Assembly (NCBI GenBank): GCA_963803165.1
Contig: CAWDLK010000003.1
Span: 42,513-106,512, forward strand
Length of the DNA stretch: 64,000 nucleotides
Direction of reading: 5' to 3'
Origin: an uncultured Chloroflexia bacterium
GTDB taxonomy: Bacteria; Chloroflexota; Dormibacteria; Aeolococcales; Aeolococcaceae
The notes under the pieces were generated by a model. That model did no database searches. It was given only the letters and a program-made list of their open reading frames with translations, and was not told the origin of the DNA. Below, in pieces: positions 56,188 through 64,000 of the stretch. Every line of letters starts with the position of its first letter. The stretch's first letter is position 1. A program made the position numbers and the translations under genes.

Positions 56188-56936
56188 TGTGCGAACCGAT
56201 GCCCCACCCGATCTCCTCGCCCCCACCACCGAGCCCCGTGGAGGCCGGCGCCCCCCGCCCCGCGGCCGGGCTCGGGGACGGCGAGCGTGCCGCGCTCAGC
56301 CCCCAGCGGATCCTCGACGCGGCCCTCGAGCTGGTCGACGCCGAGGGCCTGGAGGCGCTCTCGATGCGGCGGCTCGGTGCCCTGCTGGGCGTCGAGGCGA
56401 TGAGCCTCTATCACCACTTCCCGAGCAAGTCGGCGCTCCTCGACGGCCTGGTGACCACGCTGCTCCGGCAGGTCCCGCTTCCCGACCCCGGCGACGCCCC
56501 CTGGGAGCAGGCGCTGCTGCGGGGCTTCACCGACTTCCGCCGGGTGATGCTCGCCCACCCCGGCGCCTTCCCCCTGGTCTCCTCCCGGCCGGCCAGCGAC
56601 CCGGAGAGCCTCACCCCCATCGCCCGTGCCTTCGGGGTGCTCGCCGGCGCAGGCTTCAGCCCGAGCCAGGTCAAGTCGGCCTGGGGCGCCCTGCTCTCGT
56701 ACGTGCTCGGCTACATCGACTGCGAGGTGACCGGGGTGGGCACGGCCGCCGAGAGCGGGGCGATGGCCGACCTCATCCGGGACCTGGACGGGCTCGGCTT
56801 CGAGGCGCTCCGCGCGTCGTGGGTCGAGGCAGCTCTCCACGAGCGGACCAATGACGACGAGTTCGCCTGGGGCCTGGAAACGCTGCTCGCCGGGCTCCGC
56901 CTCCGCCTCGCGGAGAACGGACGGCAGCCCGCGTAG
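56188..56936 (+). CDS. TetR family transcriptional regulator (divergent from MMPL transporter gene)
   Basis: HTH RILDAALELVDAEGLEALSMRRLGALLGVEAMSLYHHFPSKSALL; start is the first ATG after the intergenic region. Confidence 0.8.
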
Positions 56937-57022
56937 CCTCAGCCGCCGCGACCCCCGGCGACCGGCCGCCGCGCCCGCCCGGCCCCTGACGGCCAGGCCC
57001 ACCGCCCGCTACACTGGCAAAC

Positions 57023-57712
57023 ATGCGTTCGCCAGTGGGCCCGCTCGACGCCGCCTACCCGGACAACCTGCGCCCCCTCGCCGGCGCGCCTCCGCTCTTC
57101 TGCCGGGGTGAGCTGCGGCCCGACGACGCCCGCAGCGTCGCGGTGGTGGGGACGCGCTCGCCGAGCCCCGAGGGGCTGACCCTGGCCCGGCGGCTCGCCG
57201 CAGAGCTGGCCCGGGGCGGGTTCACCGTGGTCTCGGGGCTCGCCCGCGGCCTCGACACCGCCGCCCACGCCGCCGCGCTCGAGGCCGGGGGACGCAGCAT
57301 CGCGGTGCTGGGCTGCGGCATCGGCCGCGTCTATCCGCCGGAGAACGCCGGCCTCGCCGACCGCATCGCCGGGCGGGGTGCCGTGGTCTCGCAGCACCCG
57401 GGGGAGGCGCCGCCCTCCCCCGCGGCTCTTCGGGAGCGCAACCGGGTCATCGCCGGTCTGGTCCGCGCCGTGGTGGTGGTCGAGGCCGGCCCGACCTCGG
57501 GGGCTCGCATCGCGGCCCGCTGGGCGATGGCTCTCGGCCGGCCGCTCTGGATCACCCAGCTGGTGGCCGCAGAGCCGTGGGTCGGGGGGCTCCTCGCCCA
57601 CTCCGGGGTCCACCTCGTCGGCGGCGGCGCGCAGGGGATCCTGGCCCAGCTCGCGGAGGACGGCTGCACCTCCCCCGTCCAGCTCGCGCTGCTGATGACG
57701 GCCCCGGGATGA
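57023..57712 (+). CDS. dprA: DprA/Smf-like Rossmann-fold (SLOG superfamily) protein, short form lacking SAM and C-terminal wH domains
   Basis: VAVVGTRSPSPEGLTLARRLAAELARGGFTVVSGLARGLDTAAHAAALEAGGRSIAVLGCGIGRVYPPENAGL...RNRVIAGL matches the DprA Rossmann core; 229 aa. Confidence 0.7.
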   Translation: MRSPVGPLDAAYPDNLRPLAGAPPLFCRGELRPDDARSVAVVGTRSPSPEGLTLARRLAAELARGGFTVVSGLARGLDTAAHAAALEAGGRSIAVLGCGIGRVYPPENAGLADRIAGRGAVVSQHPGEAPPSPAALRERNRVIAGLVRAVVVVEAGPTSGARIAARWAMALGRPLWITQLVAAEPWVGGLLAHSGVHLVGGGAQGILAQLAEDGCTSPVQLALLMTAPG

Positions 57713-58368
57713 GCGGCTGCGGCGTCTGCGGGCGCCCGCTCGCGCCGGGCGCGGCCCGCTGCCGCAACCCCCTCTGCGCCAGCGCGTCCCGCTGGTTCCG
57801 CTGGAACGTCGCCGTCGCCGAGCGCAGCGGCCTGCTGGAGGAGGCGCTCAACGCCTACAAGTACCGAGGGGACCGGAGCCGGGCCTGCGTCTTCGGCGCC
57901 ATGCTCGCCGGGTTCCTGGCCCAGCGCAGCCGGCTGGTCGACGGCTTCGACCTGGTGATCGCCAGCCCGACCTTCGTGGGGACGGGCGGTCGCGACTTCG
58001 ACCACGTCCGGCTGATCCTGGCCGAGGCGGCGCGACGGTCGGCGCCCGGCGGCGGCGTGCGCTTCGACCTCGAGAGCCTCCCGGCCATCGTCAAGACCGG
58101 CCCGACCCCGCGCCTCGCCGGCCGGGCCCACCGCGAGCGCCGCCGCATCGCCGAGGAGCGGCTCCGGCCCCTGCTCCGAGTCCCCGATCCGCGGCGCACC
58201 GCGGGCGGTCGCATCCTGGTCTTCGACGACGTCTTCACCGACGGCCGCACCCTCGACGAGGTGGCCCGGGCGCTGCGTCTCCACGGCGGCGCCCGCGAGG
58301 TCTGTGGGATCGCCCTCTGCCGTCAGCCCTGGCGGGATCGCGCCAGCCTGGATGCCAGCGCCGCGTAG
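57709..58368 (+). CDS. comF: ComF-family protein (N-terminal Cys4 zinc finger + phosphoribosyltransferase-like domain)
   Basis: ATGA overlap with dprA-like stop; CGVCGRP...CRNPLC zinc ribbon; PRTase motif ILVFDDVFTDGRTLDE; the track ORF's first 44 codons overlap dprA and are artefactual. Confidence 0.7.
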   Translation: MSGCGVCGRPLAPGAARCRNPLCASASRWFRWNVAVAERSGLLEEALNAYKYRGDRSRACVFGAMLAGFLAQRSRLVDGFDLVIASPTFVGTGGRDFDHVRLILAEAARRSAPGGGVRFDLESLPAIVKTGPTPRLAGRAHRERRRIAEERLRPLLRVPDPRRTAGGRILVFDDVFTDGRTLDEVARALRLHGGAREVCGIALCRQPWRDRASLDASAA

Positions 58369-58380
58369 CAGACTCGCGCG

Positions 58381-58980
58381 ATGGCCCTCAGCGCCCGCGA
58401 CCGGGACGTCCTGGGCTACGCCGTGCGCCACGGCATGGTCACCGCCGATCAGCTCGGCGCCCGCTTCTTCGCCTCCACCCCGTCGGCGCGCCGACGGCTG
58501 CGCACCCTCGGCGCGGCCGGGTTGGTGATCAGCGACCGGGTGCTCCTCACCCTGCCCGCGGTGGTGCGCGCCACACCTGCGGGTGCGCGCCTGGCGGGCT
58601 GCGACCTCCTTCGCCAGGCCCGCGAGGCGCGTGTCGCCGCGGTGGTCAGCACCCAGCAGCTTCCCGACCCGCGCACCGCCCACGCGCTGCGCGGCGCCCT
58701 GCTCGGCGCGGGGTTGCTCATCGCCCACCGCATCGGACCCGACGATGCCGACGCGGTGGCCCGCGTGATCGGCACCGAGCGCGCGGTGCAGGTCACCCGC
58801 ACCCTGGGTGAGGAGGGCTCGCCCCCGCGCCGCTCGGTCCGCTCCGTCGACCGCTTCGCCGTCGACCCCAACGTGATGAAGCAGCTCGCCACCGGGGAGG
58901 CGGTGGTGCTGAGCGTCGCGAGCGTTCGCAGGGTGGCCATCGTGCGCGTGCTCCGGCCGGTGATCGCCGAGGCGGTGTGA
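58381..58980 (+). CDS. hypothetical protein, possible N-terminal winged-helix domain
   Basis: 199 aa between the comF-like and M48-like genes; RDVLGYAVRHGMVTADQLGARFF...RRRLRTLGAAGLV resembles a MarR/replication-relaxation-like wH; stop overlaps the next start (GTGA). Confidence 0.45.
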   Translation: MALSARDRDVLGYAVRHGMVTADQLGARFFASTPSARRRLRTLGAAGLVISDRVLLTLPAVVRATPAGARLAGCDLLRQAREARVAAVVSTQQLPDPRTAHALRGALLGAGLLIAHRIGPDDADAVARVIGTERAVQVTRTLGEEGSPPRRSVRSVDRFAVDPNVMKQLATGEAVVLSVASVRRVAIVRVLRPVIAEAV

Positions 58981-60044
58981 GCGCGCTGCCCCTCTCCACC
59001 GCGACGCCGGCGAGAGCCCACCTCGCCGGACGACCGTGCCGGCGGGCATCCGCCGCCGGCTGGCTGGCTGCCGGGCTGCGCCGCCGCGGAGCCGCCTCGG
59101 CCGTCAGCCTCGTCTGTGCGTGGTCGGGCGTCTGGCTGGCGGTCTGGCTGCTGGTCGCCGACGCCGTGACCGGAGCGCTGCTCTCCGCCCTCGGTGACGC
59201 GGTCAGCACGGCCCTGGTCGGGGGCGGCGGGACGGGGCCGGGTGGGGCGGCGCTCTCGGTAGCGGGTGGCGCGCTGAGCGGCGCGGCGGCCGGGCTCTGG
59301 TCCAGCGTCACCGGCCTGGTGGTGGACGAGCCCCTCCAGTTTCTCACCGCCCTGCTCGCGGGGCTCGTGGTGTCGCTGGCGCTGATCGGCCTGACCGTGG
59401 CGCTGGAGCCGTGGGTGCTCCGCGCGCGCGGCTGCCGGCGCCCGAGCCGGCGCGAGGCCGCCCGGATCGCGCCGCTGCTGGAGGCGGCCGCTGCCGGCCT
59501 GGGGCTGGACGCCCTCCCCCTGCTGCTGATCGACGACGGCGACAACCTCCGGGTCCGCGCCCACGCCCGCCACCTCGTCGTCGGCCGCAGCCTCCTCGAG
59601 GAGATCGGCGAGGGCCCGGCCGGCGACGCCGCCCTGGAGGCGGTGCTCGGCCACGGGCTCCACCACTGGGCGGTGGGCGACGGCGTCGGGCTCCTCGCGG
59701 TGCAGTGCTTCGGCCTCCCGCTGGTGCTCCTCTACGACGCCGGCTGCTGGCTGGCGCAGCGGGGGAGCCCGTTCGTCGCGGTGGCCGGCTGGGCCGTGCT
59801 CTGGCCGGCGTGGCTGCTGGTCCGGCTGATCCTCGAGCCGGTGGTCACCCTGGGCTCGCGGAGGCAGGAGTACGAGGCCGACGCCGCCGTCGCGGCCGCC
59901 GGCCAGGGGGAGGCGCTCCACCGCGCCCTGAGCCTGCTCGGCGAGCTGGAGCCGGGCCGGTCGGGCTGGGCCCGGGTGATCGCGGCCACGCATCCGCCGC
60001 TCGAGCTGCGGCTCGAGGCGCTGGAGCCGGGACCGGAGGGGTAG
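58977..60044 (+). CDS. M48/HtpX-like integral membrane protein with degenerate active site (HGLHH in place of HExxH)
   Basis: Four or more TM segments; EAVLGHGLHHW aligns to M48 EAVLAHELSH with Glu to Gly; downstream QEYEADAAVAAAG and C-terminal ATHPPLELRLEAL are M48-like. Confidence 0.45.
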   Translation: MSALPLSTATPARAHLAGRPCRRASAAGWLAAGLRRRGAASAVSLVCAWSGVWLAVWLLVADAVTGALLSALGDAVSTALVGGGGTGPGGAALSVAGGALSGAAAGLWSSVTGLVVDEPLQFLTALLAGLVVSLALIGLTVALEPWVLRARGCRRPSRREAARIAPLLEAAAAGLGLDALPLLLIDDGDNLRVRAHARHLVVGRSLLEEIGEGPAGDAALEAVLGHGLHHWAVGDGVGLLAVQCFGLPLVLLYDAGCWLAQRGSPFVAVAGWAVLWPAWLLVRLILEPVVTLGSRRQEYEADAAVAAAGQGEALHRALSLLGELEPGRSGWARVIAATHPPLELRLEALEPGPEG

Positions 60045-60057
60045 CGGCGGGAGCGGC

Positions 60058-60750
60058 TCAGCTCCTGAGGTCCACCAGGTCGACGCCCGAGGTGGTGACC
60101 ACCTGCAGCGCGGCGAGCCGGCCGGCGCCGATGCCGGTGGCCCCGACGATGTCCACGCCACCCGTGTAGCCGACCTTCCAGGTCCCGGCCACCTGCTCCG
60201 ACCCGTCCTGGGCGACCGCCACCAGCTGGCACTGGTCCCCAGGGGTGACCCCGGAGACGTCGAGGCGGATGGAGGTCCCCCAGGGCTCGGCGTAGAGCTC
60301 GGCGCTGGCGCTCACCCCGGTGCCGGGATCACTGCCCGAGAGCCGGGCGGCGACCACCGCCGCGGGCGCCGCCGGAGCCGGGCGGGTGGCCACCAGGACG
60401 CCCACCGCGGCCCCCAGGGCCACGACGGCGACCGCGCCGGTCGCCATCACGAGGCGCAGGCGCAGGCGGCGCCTGCGGCGCTGCCGGGCCAGCTCGGCCA
60501 GGGTCCTGGCCACCAGCGACGGCCGCGCCGGAGCGGGAGCCGCTGCGGTCGCGGCGGCGAGCCACTCGGTGCGCGGCACCCGCCCGAGCGTGGGCGTGAG
60601 CTGGGCCAGCGCGGCCAGCTCCCCCCGGCAGTCCACGCAGCCCGCCAGGTGGCCCTCGACCTCGGCGCGCTCCTCCGGGTCGAGGGCGCCGAGCACGTAG
60701 GCGCCCAGGGCGATCCGCCGCTCACCACACGAGCTGTTCATGGCCTCCAA
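60058..60750 (-). CDS. anti-sigma factor (zf-HC2 zinc-binding N-terminal domain, single TM, extracytoplasmic domain)
   Basis: HLAGCVDCRGEL (HxxxCxxC) motif; TM LVMATGAVAVVALGAAVGVLVA; overlaps the sigma factor gene. Confidence 0.75.
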   Translation of the reverse strand: MEAMNSSCGERRIALGAYVLGALDPEERAEVEGHLAGCVDCRGELAALAQLTPTLGRVPRTEWLAAATAAAPAPARPSLVARTLAELARQRRRRRLRLRLVMATGAVAVVALGAAVGVLVATRPAPAAPAAVVAARLSGSDPGTGVSASAELYAEPWGTSIRLDVSGVTPGDQCQLVAVAQDGSEQVAGTWKVGYTGGVDIVGATGIGAGRLAALQVVTTSGVDLVDLRS

Positions 60751-61364
60751 CCTCGTTCCTCCAGCGCCAGGCGCAGGGCGCGGAGCGCGTAATAGGTGCG
60801 TGACTTGACGGTGCCGGCCGGGATGCCGAGGGTCGCGGCGGCCTCGGCCACCGAGCGGCCGCGGTAATAGGTCTCCACCAGCACCCCGCGGTGCTCGGGG
60901 CTCAGCATGCCGAAGGCCGCGCTCACCTCCCAGGCGTCCACCGCCCGGTCGATGCCGTCGCCCACGGCGCGCGTGTCCAGGCCGTCGGTGCCGACCACCT
61001 CGGGGCGGCTCCGGCGCGCCCGGTGGTGGTCGGCGGCCAGGTTGCCTGCCACCGTGAAGAGCCAGGGTCGGAGCGAGCGGGTGCCGGCGTCGAGGTCGCC
61101 CGCATGGCGCCAGGCGCGGAGCATCACCTCCTGGACGATGTCCTCGGCCCGGCCCACGTCGCCGACCAGCCGGGTGACGTAACCGAGCAGGGCTCCGCCG
61201 TGCTCGTCCCAGAGCGCGGCGATGAAGGCCTCGCCGGGGTCCGGGCCGGCGCCGACCGACGCGCTGCGCCGCGCGGTGGGCTGCACACCCCCACCACGCG
61301 GGACGGCCGGGCGAGGTTCATCGCCGGCTGAACCGCGCGGTCCGGACTGTCGTGTGGTGGGCAT
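60738..61364 (-). CDS. ECF (sigma-70 family group IV) RNA polymerase sigma factor
   Basis: Region 2 DIVQEVMLRAWR..., region 4 SVAEAAATLGIPAGTVKSRTYYALRALR; start placed at the internal Met (MPTTRQSG), the track N-terminus being an artefact. Confidence 0.8.
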   Translation of the reverse strand: MPTTRQSGPRGSAGDEPRPAVPRGGGVQPTARRSASVGAGPDPGEAFIAALWDEHGGALLGYVTRLVGDVGRAEDIVQEVMLRAWRHAGDLDAGTRSLRPWLFTVAGNLAADHHRARRSRPEVVGTDGLDTRAVGDGIDRAVDAWEVSAAFGMLSPEHRGVLVETYYRGRSVAEAAATLGIPAGTVKSRTYYALRALRLALEERGWRP

Positions 61365-61419
61365 GGGATCGATCCTCACCGAGGCGGTGCGACCCGCCGG
61401 AGGCGACCAGCGGAGAGAC

Positions 61420-62010
61420 ATGATGAGCGCAAGCACGGCAGCCGGGCCCAGCCCCGCGCCTCGGCACACGGGACGCACCCGACCCCACTCCGGCCCCGCC
61501 GTTCTGGCCCTGCTCGGGGCCGCCACGGCCCTGCTGGCGGCCTGCGGCTCGACCTCCACGCCACCCGCCTCCTCCTCGTCCGGTGCGTCGGACAGCGGGG
61601 GGTCGGCGGTCTCGGTGGGGACGGCGACGGTGAACGGCAAGTCCGAGCAGGTGCTGACCAACGCCAGCGGCTACACCCTGTACTACCTGACCCAGGACAG
61701 CGCGACCAGCGTCACCTGCACCGGCAGCTGCGCCCAGACCTGGCCACCGCTCCTGCTCGCGTCCGGGCAGCCGACCTCCTCGTCGTCGCTGGCCCAGGCC
61801 CTGACCACCGTGACCGGGGGCAACGGCCGCCAGGTCGTGTACGACGGCCACCCCCTGTACCGCTACTCGCTGGACACGGGGCCCGACCAGTCCAACGGCG
61901 AGGGCATCGACAACACCTGGTTCGTGGCCACACCCAGCATGGGCGCAGGCGGAAGCAGCGCCGCCGCCACCGCGACACCGAGCGCGGCCGGCAACGCGTA
62001 CGGGTACTGA
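61420..62010 (+). CDS. COG4315-type lipoprotein with two Yx(F/W/Y)xxD repeats
   Basis: Signal peptide plus lipobox LLAACGS; YTLYYLTQDSA...TCTGSCAQTWPPL and HPLYRYSLDTGPD repeats; divergent from the ECF sigma gene. Confidence 0.65.
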   Translation: MMSASTAAGPSPAPRHTGRTRPHSGPAVLALLGAATALLAACGSTSTPPASSSSGASDSGGSAVSVGTATVNGKSEQVLTNASGYTLYYLTQDSATSVTCTGSCAQTWPPLLLASGQPTSSSSLAQALTTVTGGNGRQVVYDGHPLYRYSLDTGPDQSNGEGIDNTWFVATPSMGAGGSSAAATATPSAAGNAYGY

Positions 62011-62065
62011 CCTCCGGGACGGCGGCCCGCGGCGGGAGCGGTCGGTGAGCGCGTAGCCTGACCGT

Positions 62066-63088
62066 GTGAGCAGCGGGGCGGACGCCTTCCTGGCCGAGCA
62101 CGCCGGCGCGATCGCCGCGGCGGCCTCACGGATCGTGGGGCACGTGCGGCGAACGCCGGCGCTCCCCGCCGACGAGGTCGCCGCAGCCGCGGTGGTCAAG
62201 CCGGAGCTGCTGCAGCCGACCGGCTCCTTCAAGGTGCGGGGCGCCTTCAATGCGGCGCTGCGCCTGCGCGAGGTGTCACCGGGGACGGCCGGGGTCCTCA
62301 CCGTCAGCTCGGGCAACCATGGCCAGGCGGTCGCCCTCGCCGCTCGCAGCCTGGGGCTGCCCTGCGAGGTGGTGATGCCGGAGGGCTCGAACCCGGTCAA
62401 GGTCGCCGCGGTGCGCGCCCTCGGCGCCGCGGTGGTCAGCGAGGGGGTCACCGCCGCCAACCGCGAGCAGCGCGTCCTCGAGGAGCGGGAGCGGACGGGG
62501 TGGGCGCTGATCCACCCCTTCGACGACTGGGACACCATCCACGGCCAGGGCACCATCGGCCTCGAGCTGCTGGCCGACGTCGAGGACCTGGGCATGGTGG
62601 TCTGCCCGGTGGGCGGGGGCGGGCTCATCTCCGGCTGCGCGATCGCCGTCAAGGCCGCCCGGCCGGAGGTCCGGGTGGTCGGCGTGGAGCCCGAGCTGGC
62701 CGCGGACGCGTTCGCCTCGCGGCGGAGCGGCCGCCACGAACGGTTGGCCGTGCCCTCCACCACGGTCGCCGACGGCCTGCGCAGCATGAGCATCGGAGAG
62801 CGCGGTTTCGAGGTCATCGTCGGACGGGCCCTCGTGGACGAGCTGGTGACCGTCAGCGAGGCCGAGATCGAGGCCGCGCTGCTCGCGGCCTGGACCCGCC
62901 TGCACCTGGTGGTCGAGCCGTCCGGGGCGGTCGGCCTGGCCGCGCTGCTCGCCGGACGCCTCCCGGCGGCACCCGCCGGATCGCGCACCGCGCTCGTCCT
63001 CAGCGGAGGTAATGTCGATCCGCTCCTGGCGGCCCGATTGCTCGCCGCCCCCACCGCCGATCTCGACACCGGAGGATCACCGCCATGA
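62066..63088 (+). CDS. PLP-dependent threonine/serine dehydratase family enzyme
   Basis: PLP-lysine motif TGSFKVRGA, glycine-rich PVGGGGLISG loop; GTG start. Confidence 0.8.
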   Translation: MSSGADAFLAEHAGAIAAAASRIVGHVRRTPALPADEVAAAAVVKPELLQPTGSFKVRGAFNAALRLREVSPGTAGVLTVSSGNHGQAVALAARSLGLPCEVVMPEGSNPVKVAAVRALGAAVVSEGVTAANREQRVLEERERTGWALIHPFDDWDTIHGQGTIGLELLADVEDLGMVVCPVGGGGLISGCAIAVKAARPEVRVVGVEPELAADAFASRRSGRHERLAVPSTTVADGLRSMSIGERGFEVIVGRALVDELVTVSEAEIEAALLAAWTRLHLVVEPSGAVGLAALLAGRLPAAPAGSRTALVLSGGNVDPLLAARLLAAPTADLDTGGSPP

Positions 63089-63957
63089 AGCTGGGTCTGC
63101 ACATCCCCGACTTCACCTGGCCCGGCGGGCCGGAGCACCTCGGCCATGACCTGGCGCGGGTCGCCCAGGCCGCCGAGGAGGCGGGGTTCGACCGGGTCAG
63201 CGTGATGGACCACTTCTTCCAGATCGGCCACCTCGGGCCGCCCGAGCACGAGATGCTGGAGGCGTACACCACCCTCGGCTACCTGGCGGCGCACACCAGC
63301 CGGGTCAAGCTGCTGACCCTGGTGACCGGGGTGGTGTACCGCCAGCCCGGCCTCCTCGCCAAGGCGGTGACCACCCTCGACGTCCTCTCCGGCGGGCGGG
63401 CCATGCTCGGCATCGGCGCGGCCTGGAACGAGGAGGAGTCGCGCGGACTCGGGCTCAACTTCCCCCCCATCGCGGAGCGGTTCGAGCTGCTCGAGGACGC
63501 GCTCCAGATCTGCCTGCAGATGTGGAGCGGCGACGACGGACCCTTCACCGGCAGGCGCGCCACGCTGGAGCGCACCCTCAACTCGCCCCAGGCGCTGAGC
63601 CGGCCCCATCCGCCGATCCTCATCGGCGGTTCCGGCGAGCGCAAGACGCTTCGGCTGGTGGCCCGCTATGCGCAGGCCTGCAACCTCTTCCCCACCCCCG
63701 AGCTCGACCACAAGCTCGAGGTGCTCCGTGAGCACTGCGAGCGCGAGGGCCGCGACTACGACGAGATCGAGAAGACGGTGGGATTCACCTTCGACGTCGG
63801 TCAGAACGGCGAGCGCGTCGGCGAGATGGTCGAGCAGCTGCGCGACCTGCACCGGCGCGGCTTCACGGTCGCCCACGGGCGGGTCACCGACGTCTGGCGG
63901 ATCACCCCACTGGAGATCATCGGCCAGGAGGTGCTGCCGGCGATAGCGGAGCTGTGA
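63085..63957 (+). CDS. LLM-class (luciferase-like) F420-dependent oxidoreductase
   Basis: MKLGLHIPDFTWPGG N-terminus and LLM TIM-barrel motifs (VMDHFFQ, GGRAMLGIGAAW); ATGA overlap with the upstream gene. Confidence 0.8.
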   Translation: MKLGLHIPDFTWPGGPEHLGHDLARVAQAAEEAGFDRVSVMDHFFQIGHLGPPEHEMLEAYTTLGYLAAHTSRVKLLTLVTGVVYRQPGLLAKAVTTLDVLSGGRAMLGIGAAWNEEESRGLGLNFPPIAERFELLEDALQICLQMWSGDDGPFTGRRATLERTLNSPQALSRPHPPILIGGSGERKTLRLVARYAQACNLFPTPELDHKLEVLREHCEREGRDYDEIEKTVGFTFDVGQNGERVGEMVEQLRDLHRRGFTVAHGRVTDVWRITPLEIIGQEVLPAIAEL

Positions 63958-64000
63958 TCGCGGGCACCGAGCCGGCGCCTCCCGTCGCCCGGCCGCGGCG

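Noticed and set aside
56049-57002. 310-codon N-terminal extension of the MMPL ORF
   Set aside because: RG-rich, overlaps the divergent TetR gene. The canonical MMPL start MTRLARLV lies at 56048.
57331-63876. Minus-strand ORFs 57331..59049, 58449..60161, 61318..63876
   Set aside because: Antisense to the dprA/comF/M48-like operon and to the PLP dehydratase/LLM genes. Low complexity.

Overview
High-GC (~70%) Actinomycetota-type chromosomal segment. Core metabolism and cell-envelope genes are interrupted by two tRNA-targeted accessory regions.

Left core (1-10.7 kb), mostly minus strand: hemC (partial) and hemA, a DnaQ-like exonuclease, an EEP nuclease, a polyprenyl diphosphate synthase, and a non-dcw MurD-type ligase overlapping a PP-loop/4-Cys protein. 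The last two form a murD2-murL-like pair (alternative D-Glu route for peptidoglycan). Then an alpha/beta hydrolase, tRNA-Leu(UAA) and an HExxH protein.

Island 1 (about 10747-24788, ~14 kb) is flanked by a 38-nt direct repeat of the 5' half of tRNA-Cys(GCA); the intact tRNA-Cys is at 24752-24825. It carries a tyrosine integrase, an excisionase, a DUF4160/DUF2442 pair, an IS256-family IS inserted beside a hicA-like gene, and a BNR-repeat lipoprotein. A repeat-rich non-coding stretch holds tRNA 3'-end-like relics and a (GGCCAC)5 microsatellite. There is also a block of orphan genes (a 297-aa protein, a PIN-domain membrane protein, a TM protein, a 500-aa protein, a 166-aa protein). I flag that block as a candidate uncharacterised conflict/defence module.

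Core resumes with a DUF929 thioredoxin-like protein, rarA, SPFH-NfeD, SCP2, DUF971 and a crotonase.

Island 2 begins at tRNA-Gly(GCC) (30925-30999). It is a tandem of integrase-less relics bounded by two degenerate copies of the tRNA-Gly 3' end (33495-33541 and 34346-34372). It carries an intact IS630-family IS nested in an older IS630 fragment, vapBC and yefM-yoeB.

Downstream: an NHL-repeat surface protein, lipoproteins, a frameshifted DHFR-family gene, a class A PBP, a ROK kinase, three ABC transporter modules with a TetR regulator, a 9x ~45-aa repeat lipoprotein, VOC/cupin genes, and a TetR-MMPL divergon with twin palindromic operators. Then a translationally coupled DprA-like/ComF-like/unknown/M48-like (HGLHH) operon, an ECF sigma/anti-sigma pair, a COG4315 lipoprotein, a PLP dehydratase and an F420-type LLM oxidoreductase.

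No CRISPR array, no rRNA, and no phage structural genes were seen. All coordinates are approximate (+/-1-3 nt). Many long ORFs in the track are GC-artefact frames and were rejected.
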